Shown here piece after piece: positions 25,917 to 38,884 of a stretch of DNA of 64,000 nt (position 1 is the first letter of the stretch; each line of letters starts with the position of its first letter). Origin of the DNA: Octopus sinensis (Eukaryota). A model generated the notes under the pieces. It was not told the DNA's origin and made no database searches. It saw nothing but the letters and a program-made list of their open reading frames with translations. The translations under genes were made by a program, and so were the position numbers. The stretch lies in contig NW_021832374.1 in the NCBI RefSeq assembly GCF_006345805.1, positions 62,001 to 126,000 on the forward strand. The letters are read 5' to 3'.

Positions 25917-26936
25917 TATCAAAATTTATCGCAACTAAAAATGAACTTTTCTACTTATATACAGTTAAAAATCTAGAAATTTCGCACTTAAAAATCGAGT
26001 TTCATTTTTTACTTTAATATTAAAAATTAATAAATATTTTTACTATAACTTTTATTATTCAAGGATCATTTTAATAATGTTTATTTTTGATTTAGACTAA
26101 AAAAATTTGATAAACAAGTAAATCTTGTAGATCCAATAAACAAAGTTATTTCGTAGTTATTGAAAACGAAGTCCCGAATTTATAATTTTTGACTGTGTGT
26201 ATTTATTTTAACACAGGAAATATAAGCTTTAGCAAAAAAATCAGCATTTAAAATTAGGTTTAATAATTTGTATATAATCAATATTTGTTAACCTAAAAAT
26301 TGATTTTTAGATAAAATTTGCAAGTTGAATTAGAACTTTAGTTATCAGATTTTTATAATTACACTCAAGATTATTTTATTGGACATACTGTATCTCACGT
26401 TGCTGATTGTTTTTTAAGTTCTAATGTGATCCTGTGAACAGTCAGATAATTATAATGAGTACTTAATAACAGAACAAAAATAATCACTCTGTAGTCTGGA
26501 TTACAATTTTAATACTAATTATAAAACTTGATCACATGTTTTTTTACCATAATAAAAGATAGTAAGATTTTTTAATCACCGCACTAAGCCTTTAATTTAA
26601 TTTGTTGATATTTCTTTGTAGATTTATTTTTAGAATTTGACGGTTATCAAAATGAAATCTTTTTAAGCGTATGGTCAAGATAAAATGAAAATACAGCAAT
26701 TGAAATTATTTTCAAAATCTACCTTTTATGACTATTAATTGAAACTATTTGATTGCAATAAATGCTAGTTAAGATCTTAGTAAAAGTACCATATTTGTGT
26801 ACAAAATTATGATTTTGTATTAAAACGGTTTTTGATCTTTAATTATAAATTAAAAACTAATAATTTCAAATTTAAACTTTTAAAATATTAAAATTTAATA
26901 CATTAATTCTTGTGTAATGCCTTTATTGCCAAAAAT

Positions 26937-29574
26937 ATGAGTAAACTACTACTTCTAGTTTATACTCAATTGGATGACAGCTTTAAAAATAAAGAAAAAT
27001 TTGTTGATGAAATTTCTTCATGTGTACTGAAAATTGGTGTTCGATATCTGTATAACAGCCTGAGAAAACGCAATTCGTTTCAATGGGCCTACAAATTTCC
27101 AAATGAATTACTCAATAACTGGCATAACTTTACAAGTATTGGATATTTTCAATTTCGTCAAACTTTGCTTAATAAAACTATTCAATTTGAAAATCCACTT
27201 ATTCATATACTTCGTAAAACATTTAAAGACCTCATATCAAGTTCAACTCTGTGGGAGTCTCCTACTCTATTATCCCCAATGGGGAAATCCACAAGAACCC
27301 CTGCAAAACATTCAAAACTTCCATCTGACTATACGAAACACGTAATTATAGTTGCCCGTATTCCTAATAACGAACAAGAAATTGGTGAATTTTCTAGCTT
27401 GTCTTTGTCAGAGCTAGAAACTATGGGAAGATCATTTGGGAATCTTATTCTGCCAGAAAATATTTGCAAAACTTTAAAACATAAGAAAATTTCAATTTTT
27501 TGGTTAAATATTGGCAATGGGGGTCGCTTTGTCAGTTTAATTGACAGTCTTCTCCGAAAAGTTAATGGAAGAGTTCTTGAAATATCTGACTTGATTAATT
27601 ATCCTTCTGATCTTTATGGATTTTCTAGTTTATTTTATGAAAACTTTTACCAACCGACTGTTCTAAGTGAAATATCAACGATTTTGAACGTCAAATTGCT
27701 CGGTGAAGCTTCAAGTTTTGAATTAGAAATACATTTTCTTGCAAAAAGTGTCGAATCTCATCCACAATTGGATGAAATGTTTTTGCTGGCTCAAATGGAT
27801 TATAAATTGCCTTCTCATCATTTTATTGAATTTTTTTCTCCACATTTTATATTTGCTCGTGTACCTGGAAATCAGTCGTCTTTGATTTTGGGAAATTTGG
27901 TAGATTCTTAAATTTTTAAATTGTAGTTTTTGTTTTCAAAAGGAAAATTCTGGATTTTATGTTGGCACGACTTTTCTCGTTCTTGTGGTTTTTTATATCC
28001 AGTAAAAGATATCGAAATAATCAAAACATGTTCCAATTTTTGTAAGTTTGTTTTGTAAAATGCTTTAAGGTGAGTCAGATACTGCCATAGATTTCAAACA
28101 AGATTATCTCGATCCGATCTACCAGCCACCAGTGGACGCATCATTTCATAAAGATTTTGAGAATTTTGATTTTTTTGAAGACTTTGTTGTGGACTGCGAA
28201 GATCCAAACGAAGACCTGGAAATACTTTCTAGTTGTGTATCTCAAAATGCTTCCCCTATTTTGGAATGTATTTATTTGATAAATTTATTTTTTAGTGTCT
28301 GAATTGGATGGAGAATGGTTTTCTAAGTTTGCACATGATTTGTATAAAAATCGGCACAAATTTTCATTTCAGGAGTTTATTTCTCGCCTTTATAACTCTG
28401 CTAAAGTATATTGGATTAACACGGAAAAAAATGTTTATTTAAGTTGTATTATGTTTATACAGTGGGAAGAAAATCTTGGTCAGTTTATTTACGATTTTTT
28501 TCTTTTGAGCTTTCCCGATCTTTTAACTAAGTTTTCAAACGATGAAATTGATGCAGATGAGTTTTATATTTTCTAGTAATTTTAGACTTTTATTTCAACT
28601 TTTGCTGTATTTTGAAGTAAAAACACTCCAGAATGACGAAATTGTCAATTTTTCAGTTTTTCAAGTTTGTTTTACGATTTAAAAAAGATTGAATCGTTGC
28701 TAAAGCAGGTTACTTTTAAAGCCGGACCTCCGAAAGTCGCCAAGTATATAAAGACTTTATATTACATGTGTAAATCTTAAATCAAGAAACTGAGTTTTAG
28801 GTATTATGATGTACTCCCCACTTTTGTTGAAGAAATTTACGATTTTTTGATGGTGGAATTGCCAGAAAACGAAAGGGAGGAAACTTGTGATGTTTTTGAA
28901 GATCCGAATTCTGACGATACTAAATCCCTGGTTTCATTAGAAGTCCCAAAAGACCTTTCCATCAACGAAATGTGTCAAAATTATATTTACATATTTTAAA
29001 GTCCTCTCCATCAGAGACCTCGGTTTTCAAGTCAAATTGGCTATCGATTGGATAAGGCGCCAAAAATTACTGTTCCATACTCAAGTGAAGATTCTTTTCA
29101 GACAAATTTGGGCTAATTTGTTTAATTTAGTATTAGATGCGGAAAAGGGGAAAATTCGACAAAAGAGGAGGGAAAGAAGACTATATTTGGGATCATACGA
29201 GAGTTGAATTTTTATTAAATAATTGTTAGAAACGCGTCAAAATCGAGAAAGAATAATGAAAATTGTTCAGGAAACTCCAGAAAAATATCACGGAATTTCT
29301 GTTTTTCACAGATCTAAAATCAGGGATTCGGTCGAATTTGTCTGTGAAACTCCGCCAAAATCTGGCACGCTTTATTTGGCTTAATATTTAAGGAGTATCT
29401 CAAAATGAGTTTAAATCAGTTCTTCCAGATTATAACACTTTTAATACTTCTTTTTATGGATCTGAAGTTGTATCAAGAATTGTTAAGAAGTCAGAGGAAT
29501 CTAAAACATCTGCTGAGCAAATTAGTCCGAGAAAAGCCAATAGGATTATATTTGAAGAATTTTTTGACGATTAA
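26937..29574 (+). CDS. TICRR: Compact Treslin/TICRR (Sld3 orthologue), about 750-800 aa
   Basis: N-terminal blocks FQWAYKF (cf. HWAFKF), LWESPTLLSP (QWDRPEITSP), IVARIPNNEQEIGEF (LLAPCPHSQRELLQF), LILPENI..KISIFWL (LLPKRV..KITFYWV). Sld3-like core LLFQLLLYFEV..YYDVLPTFVEEIYDFL. Paired CDK sites IVQETPEK and FVCETPPK. Confidence 0.8.
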
Positions 29575-29697
29575 TTTTGTTTATTTTTGAAAACTATTTT
29601 TTAATAAAATAATTAGATATGTTAATTTTTTAACTGATTTGACAAATTCAGTGATTTTTAACTACAAAATGACAAATTTTATGATATGCGAATATAT

Positions 29698-31446
29698 GAG
29701 TAAAACCTCTCGAATCCGCCGATTTTGGGACCGACCAAAAATCAATTAAATAATATTTTATAGTTGAAACATGAACTTACAATATAGATTAAGTATTTCT
29801 TTTTATATACAAATGGCTGAATACATAAAATTATTTATATTCAAAAAATCAGAAATTTTATTTTTTTAATTAATTTTCTTAAAATTTCCCCAATTCGCAT
29901 AATATTTTCATGATCATCTATATCTGCATTTACCTGAGAAGCATAAGTTTTAATAATCTCTAGAGCTCTGAAAGCTTCTGAGAGATCAACTCTTTTCTCA
30001 TTTGATTCCTCTTCAATAATTGTTTCCTAAATATAATTATTAAATAAAATCACTAACTGATTGAATTCATTTTCAGTATATCCATAATCAACAAATTCAC
30101 TATAAGATATTGGATCGTCAATTTGAAATTTCTTAATTATTTCTTCATAATTATTTTCGTAGTTCTTAGATTCACTGTTGATTGTGATTGTTTCACATTT
30201 TATCCACTGTGCATGACGGAAACAATTTTTGATGGTTGTAGGAGTAACTTTATTCCAAGCGAAAAATGTTAATGTCGCAGCAGTTTTAAGGGTGATTGCA
30301 TTAATTGCATTCTGACAATTTTCCCCTGCCTCAACCTTTTCGATTATATCATTTATTTTCAAATTGGTAAATTCGGCTTTAAAGCATTTTATAATTCCTT
30401 GATCCATTGGTTGCAAGAGCGAGGAAGTTCTAGGAGGCAAAAAAAGAATTTCAATTGAATTTAACGTGACAATAATTTGATGAGATGGACATTGATCTAT
30501 TGCAAGTAGAATTTTTCTTTTTTTCTTCGCAAGTTCACAATCAAAATCACTGAGCCACTTGTTAAAAATTTCACGGTTCATCAATGCCTTATTGGAATGG
30601 ATGTAGGTAACATATTTTCCAATGTTGAAATTTTTAAAACACCTTGGACTTTTGAATCTTCCTATCATTACAGGTCTTCTTTTATCGGAACCAGAACAAT
30701 TTGCGCATAATTAGTAAAGAAAATCGATCCTTCGACAACTTTATTCCAGGCCTTGGTTTAGTGCACACACTTTTAGAAAGAATCGCCTTGTAAAAAACAT
30801 CAGTTTTATCTGAATTATAGACATTATCCAATCCATATTGTTCAATTATTAAACTGATTGTTTCATTAAAATCAGCAATATATTTTTCATCATGATTTAC
30901 TGATCCACTGTCTCCATGAAATTTTTTCAACTTGATACCATTTCGTAATTTACACTTTTCTAGCCACCCACGACTTGCTTTAAATTCTGGATCATTTTTA
31001 AGAGCTTTTGTAATTAACATAGAATCTGATAGAATTGCTCCACTAGATTCCATTAAGTTAATCCATGTTATCATCGCTACATCAATTTCATTAAATTTGA
31101 GTTTTGGAATTCTCGTTATGTTTAATTTTTTGATGTCAGTCCTATTCAAAAGGTCCGATTTTGATTTAAGGTCGTTTATAGTTCTCGGAGAAATTTTCTT
31201 TTTTAATCGTGAAGAAAAAATTCTGGAAATTTGAGGTGCAGAAACGAATGGATTGTCAAAAATATAATGTAGTATAGAAATTTTTTCGTTGATAGAAAGT
31301 CTAACACAACGACGCATCACAAAAATACAATTTAACGTGTAATTAAAATTTTAAACAAGAGGATTCAAGAATCATTCATAGGAAATTTCAAATTTTTGAT
31401 TAAAACAAGCGGATTCGAGCAGCGGCGGATTCAAGAGGTTTCACTG
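29698..31446 (-). mobile_element. pogo/Tigger DNA transposon, nearly full length, frameshifted transposase
   Basis: TIRs gagtaaaacctctcgaatccgccg / cagtgaaacctcttgaatccgccg, with TA at the right end. CENP-B HTH (ASRGWLEKCKLRNGI) and DDE_1 (LAIDQCPSH, FLPPRTSSLLQPMDQGII). Confidence 0.92.
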
Positions 31447-31569
31447 TATTCCACATATGTTTTTATATACATTTTTAATAAATACTAAATTTGTGTGGTT
31501 TAAATTTTGATGTATTTCTTTTTATAGTTTCATTAGTTTAAATACCTATATTTTGTGTTTAAGTCTGTA

Positions 31570-32610
31570 TTATTATTTTAGCATATTCCGTGGGGACATA
31601 AACCGAAAAGAGTTATATTCCTACACGTGCCACACACGACACGACCTTCTGTACCAACGATTTTCAGCTTCCGCGGTTTTGGGCCAGTATCCGAAGTTCG
31701 TCACAGGTCTTCAGGGTTTTCTTTAAAAGCTTCAAGTCGTCTTGCAGAACAACCCCGATCTTGTAAATAGTCGAGTTGCTGATTTTCTTCGACCAGTGTA
31801 GGCAGTTCAGGGAACGAAGCTGGTTTCTGTGGAGAGTCGAGGTTCTTTAGATCTGAATCAGAAATGCCTCATGTTGAGGAGTTGTAGAATAGTACAGGTT
31901 TGACGAAAGCGTTGTAGACTCTAGCGCGTAGTGATGGGCCCATCTGGCAGTGTCGTAACCAATTCTTCATGACAGTTTTTAGAGCAACAGCAACCAGTAT
32001 TTTTCTACGAATTATGTCCTCCCGGTCATCAAGCAGTGAGCTAAGCTTCTTGGATAGTCTCCATGTTTCCATAAGTTGAGTGTCTGAGCGTGATATCTCA
32101 ATCACTTCCGTCTTGTTCGGGTTCATTTTTAGAAACCATTCCCCGAGTTTTCCTGGTGCAATCTCCAGCAGTCTAGCCAGTAAGAAGTCGACATCATGCG
32201 CGTAGATAATTTCAATAATTGACTCCCCATATAGGCTTCTCAGCTCTCGTAGGGCAGCTTCGAAGTAAATCCCGAAGAGCAGTGGTGAAAGGAAGTCACC
32301 CTGAGGAATTCCCACATTTGTTAAGAAGGGTCTGGACAAAGTCCTCCCAAGGCGGACAGTAAGTTCCGTGTTTGTCAGTAGTACCTGGATAATTCTGGTT
32401 TCATCCTCTTCTAAGAAGTTCCGCAGGATCTTCATTAGCAGATCTTGGTGAATGCTGTGAAAGCTCTCGACATATTGATCCCCAGGATGATTGCGGTACT
32501 TTTGAATCTTTGGTAGGCTGCACACCGCCATCAGTAGCCCCACATAACGTCTGCGGTAGATCTTTCTTCTCTGGGCGGAGGTTTTCTACTGGGCCAATAG
32601 GTTTGTTAGA
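31570..32610 (-). mobile_element. RTE-like LINE, 5'-truncated, with (TAA)n-like tail
   Basis: ORF 31869-32543 contains GIPQGDFLSPLLF..IYAHDVDF..FVKPVLFYNSST. Confidence 0.9.
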
Positions 32611-33602
32611 TTTTTAAATAGGTATTAAAATCCCGGATCCAAGTGGGAGTAAGTCGTTAGGAGTAAGTTTAAGTCTGTAGACTGTAATCTTTCTAAAAAA
32701 TTCTCGTTCAATTAGCAATGCTGGTTTGTTTGGTGCCTCCATTTCCTCATTCGACATTTTATTTTCTAATTTTTCTTCTTTTTTAATCTCTAATAAAATT
32801 AATCGAATTTTTTTCATACATTGTTATTTTCTACTTATTGCTTTCTCTTGTCTTCATGTCCTTAATTTGTTTCTCAAACATTCCTTTCCATCGATTTGTT
32901 ATTACTTTGTTAATACCAAATTCTGATTGTGTAACTTAGGATTTTCAGTAAGCATGTCGTTGTTTATCGCATTGAGCATATGTTTTATTTTATTGTTGTT
33001 TAATTTTTCGTTTTCTATTAAATTTTCATGGTTTTTTAGACTAAAACAATTGACCAATTCTTAATTTACCAATTTTTTAATGTATTTTTTCAGAACTTCG
33101 TTTAATGATCGACGACATTTTTCTTCTGCTTTTGAAAGTGTGCATAATCTTTCATCAGGTTCTTTAATTGTTATATTTCATGAATATTTTATGAAAACAA
33201 AAACTAAATAACTGCTTACAACAAAAAAAAGTATAAAAATGACGGAAAAATTTCCATTAACTCTTTCGATCACGTCTCAACGTATTTCTCTAAAAATTCT
33301 TCAACATCATTTTTACCTAAATACAAGAAAAATTTTGGATTTCCATGTTAAATCATATAGAAATTTTTAATATCTTAAAGAAGGGGAATGGTAATAGCCT
33401 TCCAGTAAATATAGAAAGCTGGAAAGAATTAATGTATATACAGTGGAGCAAAAAAGTCATGGCACCTTTGCAAATTTTGACTAAATTTAACAATTCTTTG
33501 CAAAAAAAATTATTAAATACATTACTTTAAAAAATAAATTAGTAATATAGAACTTTTTAGATAAATTATTAAAAAAACTATCTTAAAGGGAATTGTAGTA
33601 TT

Positions 33603-33848
33603 TCAGACTAGATGCAGACCTCTTAGGAAATGGAGAGTTACTATGGTCTTCTTTTTTCTGAGAGATTTGAAGTAAATAACCTGGGTACTTTTATGGTTCG
33701 TGTCTGATTTTCGGCAATCATTTATGTAAGTCTTAATGGCGTAAGAGTAGCATAGCATTGAATTCTTCAAGGCCCAATTTAAAGACTTCAGGTCCGTGAT
33801 TGTATGAAATTCTTTTGAACTCTGATCACTAGGAAAAGACATTGTCAA
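33603..33848 (-). mobile_element. Possible Ty3/gypsy RT remnant
   Basis: FHTITDLKSLNWALK resembles the R-x-x-x-D-x-R/K-x-L-N motif; otherwise decayed. Confidence 0.35.
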
Positions 33849-33911
33849 TGAGGCCTGAGAATGTTTCCATTTTTTTAAAGATTAATCATTTAAGAGAAAA
33901 GTGTTTTGAAA

Positions 33912-34420
33912 TTAACTTAATCGGCCAGCAAGCCAGATGGAACAGCTATTCCCGCGCGCAACGGCCAACAAGATCAGTTGGATTAGGAAAGTAAATTCCC
34001 TCGGATTCTTGGAGCGTAATGAACAGAGGTAGCCAAGTTTCTTGAGATAATTAACTGTCTTTGTTCCAAAGACATGCGCAGTCTCGACTACAATTGTCCA
34101 AAACCAAAACCTGTCTAAGCAATGAGAATAGAAAAGCAGCGGGAACTCCTTAGGATATACTTGATTTTTTCGATCAAAAGATAAAATAAGCAGAGTGGGG
34201 ATCAACATCTGAAACTTTATCACAAAGGGAAGAAAGAGCATTTCTTTTGGAATTAAGAATACGGATTTGAGCACCCAAGATTTCAAGATCTGCAGTACAA
34301 ATAGGCCTTAGATCGAGCAACAAGCCTATGTTCCCAATTGATCTTTTCGAGATTTTTATTTGTCTACTTGCAACCATAAAAGGTATTCTTCGCATTGAGG
34401 TCACCAGTAACAAAGGAGTA
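33912..34420 (-). mobile_element. Internally deleted CRE-clade retrotransposon remnant
   Basis: VVETAHVFGTKTVNYLKKLG..FLIQLILLAVARGNS matches the CRE C-terminus; an RT-region piece (EILGAQI..DPHSAYF) is fused upstream. Confidence 0.75.
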
Positions 34421-35752
34421 AGAAGTACTGGAGTTTTTTTAGTAACTCTCCTTAATCAGAATTTTTTAAGCCAAAGTTATACGTTTTTTCTTTAAGGATA
34501 GAAATTCACAATCTTCTTTTTCGTTTTTTATCTCCAAGGGTTGCGGATGAATACCTATGGGAACTGGTTACATTTTACCTTAAACAAATCTTGATATTTT
34601 AATCATTGTAGTGGCCTGAGTTTTCATCGATCAGATTTAAATCAAATTTGAATTTTTTATAACTTTGATAAAAATAAGTAGAATCAATTGTTCATCTCAC
34701 AAAAACGCATAACTTTCGGTCGGCTTATGTTGCTGATCTTTTCCTTTCTAAAAGGAAATGCTGCAACTTGTTTGTACTTAATCCATCTTTTGTGCTGCAG
34801 TGGGAAAAGAATTTCACCAGCGATTTGACATTTTTCATATCATTGTCCCTGGTAAGAAAAGAGAATTAGAATTTTTTAACATCGGATTTAGTAACAGGTT
34901 TTTTTTGATTTTGAATCAGGATGATTTCTTCTGGGAGCCACAATCGATTTCAGACAAAGCCATTTGAGGTTTATGACAACTTTTCTGTGTAGTATAACGA
35001 AAATGTTAGCATCTAAAGCACCTCAGGCTTATTCCAGCCACATTTTATTTTCGAAAAATAAAGCCTACGAAAAGTCGCTTATATTTTAAAGTCAAGTTTT
35101 AGTTTTCCCTCCGTAATTTCAAAGCATTCCAAGTGAATTTTTGAAACATTAGTTATGTCAACAGTTACCTAGGATTATGGTTACATCAATAATTACATTT
35201 ATACGTTACATCGTCATATAGATTCGATAATTAATCAATTGTGATGCTCCAAACTACGACCACAAAAGTCTAGCTATTATTGATACAATTGTTCCATCAA
35301 GAAACATCCTTGCGGTTAAATAATTTGAAAATCGTGGTAATTAAGGTCGTTATAAAGTATTTAATAAGTGTTCTGAAATATAAATCGTTAAAAAAAAGAT
35401 TGTTACTAAACAGTAAAAAACTGATTTTATACTAAGTATAATAAAGTTTTAAAAAGTAAAATCTAAAATAAACCATTTTGGTTTCACATGAACATAAATT
35501 ATAAGAAAAAATTAAAATATCAATGAACGCTAAGGTAAATATTGACAGCTTAAAACATTTTGTTAAGTTGAGCATTAATCATTTTAATGATTATAATTCG
35601 GTACACATTAATCAATTTATATTGGCAATTCACTTAGAATTTAGGAAGAATTAGCAGCAGTTGCTTAGCGCTGTATATTATTTGCGTAACTAGGACAATT
35701 TAAATAATTGTATGCCAGCAATTTGTGCGCCGTATTTTTAAGTTTGCTGAAT

Positions 35753-36959
35753 ATGGCCGATGAAACCAGAAAGCTAAGCAAGAGTAGCAAAGAGAGTTTT
35801 GAAGAAGAAACAGCCTATTTAACAAACCTTCTAAAAGACAAGAGAATTCTTCTTAACTATCCCAATATATTTATACATTTAGAGCGTTTGCTGGATGAAG
35901 GTGCTCAAACTAATATATTTTATCATAAAATTAGTGATTTTCGATATAAAATATTAATACTAATGCTAATTATAGAGATCAATAGAACTCGCTTGTCCCT
36001 ACTGAATTATAACAAAAAAACTGTTTTTGATGAACCACTTCCCGAACAAGCTGGACCTATCGTTACTTTAACAGAAAAAATATTCATTCCAGTTAAAGAA
36101 TACCCCGAGGTAAAAGTAAATGATTGATTTAAACAAGTTCAATTTCGTTGGTAGAATTCTTGGACCACGAGGTATGACAGCAAAGCAATTAGAGCGCGAT
36201 ACTTCATGTCGAATTATGATTCGTGGTCGTAGTTCTATGAGAGATAAAATAAAAGTTTATTGTACTTGTCACCAGAGTATGTAGCTAGGAAGAGCAACAT
36301 CGTGGAAAACCAAATTGGGAACATTTAAACGAAGATCTTCATGTTTTAATTTCAGTAGAAGATACGCAAGCTCGTGCTGAGGTTAAAATGGAACGGGCCG
36401 TTTTAGAAATAAAAAGACTTCTAATTCCTTCTGTACTATAATCATATTTAATAACCATGTTGCTGAAATATTGATCAGCAACATCAGCTATTATTGATTC
36501 ATCTAATTTTATATCTTAGTTGGAGGGTGAGGACGAACTTAAGAAGCTTCAACTTATGGAACTCGCAATTCTTAATGGCACATATCGCGATGACAGTAAA
36601 AGCAGTAAAATTTATGTTTTTAATCACTTAAAGAACCCCTAAATCAATCTTATTCATTCGATTCTTCTGCATCTACAAATCAGCTAATGTTCTCTCCTTA
36701 CCAAACTAATTATACATTTCCGATCTGCTATGCTTCTTCTATAAATACACCAAATTCCCAACAAGGGCAATCTTGCGTACAGAATCAACAATCTATGGGA
36801 ATGATGGGATATTTTTCAACGAGTCCTTATATAAATCCAGTTGATTTTTCGACTGTTTTTTATGTGGATCCCTATTCCTCGATTACCGGGTCTGCCTATT
36901 TCGACAACACTCAGTCTTCCACAGACTTAAAACCTCCTATGGATCCTCAAGAAAGTTAG
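35753..36959 (+). CDS. QKI: Quaking/How/GLD-1 STAR-family RNA-binding protein
   Basis: QUA1 [23 protein letters not shown]; [49 protein letters not shown]; QUA2 [22 protein letters not shown]. Confidence 0.97.
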
Positions 36960-38806
36960 ATAAATAATTAGAGTTATTTATTTAAATTATGGATATTATT
37001 TTTCTTGAGTCATTTAATGAATTTTGATACTTTTTATGTGACGTAATATACAACGCAGGTAAATTAGGAATTAAAAATATGATAGATTTTTAATTTTAAT
37101 TCTTTGTTTTAGTACAAAGCTAGTTCATACTAACGCTATAATTTTAATACTATGTAACCTAGATAAAATTAAAATATCGTCTAAAATAGTAGGAGAGCTA
37201 TAAAATTTTAAAAATTGTTATTCAAAAATCTGCGTTTAATTAAATTTTTATTCGAAAGTTCTACAAATGGTATATGATTATTGAATTTATCACTTTTTAT
37301 CATAATATAACGGTAGAGAAAAATGTAAATTAAAGTGAATTAAAATTAGGAAGGAATAATTTTAATATTCCTAAATGCATAATAATAAATTTAACTTTTT
37401 AAATTTTATGGAAAATTTCATCAATTTGAAAATTTTCGTTTGTCAATATTATCTGTTTTTAGTAAATAGTGAGAACAGCTGTTTTCTAAATTATTTAAAA
37501 GTGACTATAAATAGAATAATTAAGTATTTTTTCTAAAAGGGTGATCTTCAGATTATGAATTGAATTAAAAACGATAATAATTCATTATAAGAAAGGGGTT
37601 AACGTCATTTAAATTTAAAAAATTGTTTCTCCCCAAAAAACTATTTCATTAGTCTTAATCCTTGGTTACGTGAAAAATGATATTGAATATCTAAATCTTG
37701 TAAATGCAGCATTCTGACAACCATTAACAACTATATCTAAATCAGAAAAATGAATCGAATCAATTTATAATAGTTTATGATGCTTCATAAAAAGTGTGGT
37801 GAATTCTATTTCACTGTGAAACGCTCAATTATTTAATAGATTAATACAAGGCTGCAAAATTTGTAAATTTAACAAGGCATTGAAAGTAATTTGAAGTAAA
37901 TATACTTAATTGAAACTACATAGATTTGAATTCCCATTTGAAGAATAGGAAAAAATAAAAAAATGTTGAAAATATGTATATGATTGCGTCCAAATATAAA
38001 ATAGTCTTTAAATAAACAGTTTTCAGTTAAAAGGTGAGGAAATGTGTTCTTTGTTTACATTAAAAATGATCTTGGACCAGTTTTGTTCGTATAAACATAA
38101 ATGCGTTTTTAAAACGACTATTTTGTACATTTTCTGCAATGACTTTTCTCTTTCTAAATTACTCTCCAAACGGTGAATATAAATCCTAGTAGATCAAACC
38201 ATTTAATTGACCACATGTAGCAGTGACTTTAAGAAAGGTTTGAGACTAAAATGATCAGTGACTCAGAATATATTAGTCTGTCTTTAAGGTTTTTGTTTAT
38301 ACTTTTTTTTATATTTCTCAAATTCATATTTAATTAATTATAATAAAATTTAATCACGTTACTTATATCTCTTCTCATGTAAATAGCATGAAATAATGTT
38401 TCGTGTTATGCTGAATCTATTTTTATAGGCGCAAAATCTTAAAAGATCAATTTTATTAATTTTCGTTATTTAAACAGAACTATTTCACGCCAATCCACGT
38501 CCGTGGAAAAAATCAGAGTTGAAAAATAAAATAAACTTATTTATCGGCACAAATATTACTCTCTTAAGAAATTAAAATTTTATTATTTTGACCTTCAGTA
38601 TGGACATGTAGGTATTTAAAAGAATCGAATTTTTGCTGTATAAAATCTTTTTTCTGCATAGAAATTAAGGCAGTTAATCTTATTGCTGTAGATCAGCTAC
38701 TTGGTGGTTTTTTGAAAAAAATGTGAAGATGGACTTACTTTAATTAGATCATTAACTTAATCTCGGCCATTTTTAGATTAAGATATTGAATTTCAAGATT
38801 TATTCT

Positions 38807-38884
38807 CAGTTTTTGACCTAATTGGTCAAATTATGCACTAGATTAGTGTCTCTCGAGATCTCGGGCTGGATTCCCATATGACTA
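38807..38884 (+). pseudogene. Decayed tRNA or tRNA-derived SINE head
   Basis: About 77 nt. A-box-like tgacctaattggtcaa, T-arm-like ggg-ctggatt-ccc, and partial acceptor pairing (agt..act); several stem mismatches. Confidence 0.4.

Noticed and set aside
32614-33200. Small host gene on the minus strand
   Set aside because: Lys/Asn-rich open segments and one intron-like unit exist, but I could not build a phase-consistent model or recognise a domain.
34987-34994. U2 snRNA (gtgtagta)
   Set aside because: Only the 8-mer matches; the flanking U2 stem sequences are absent.
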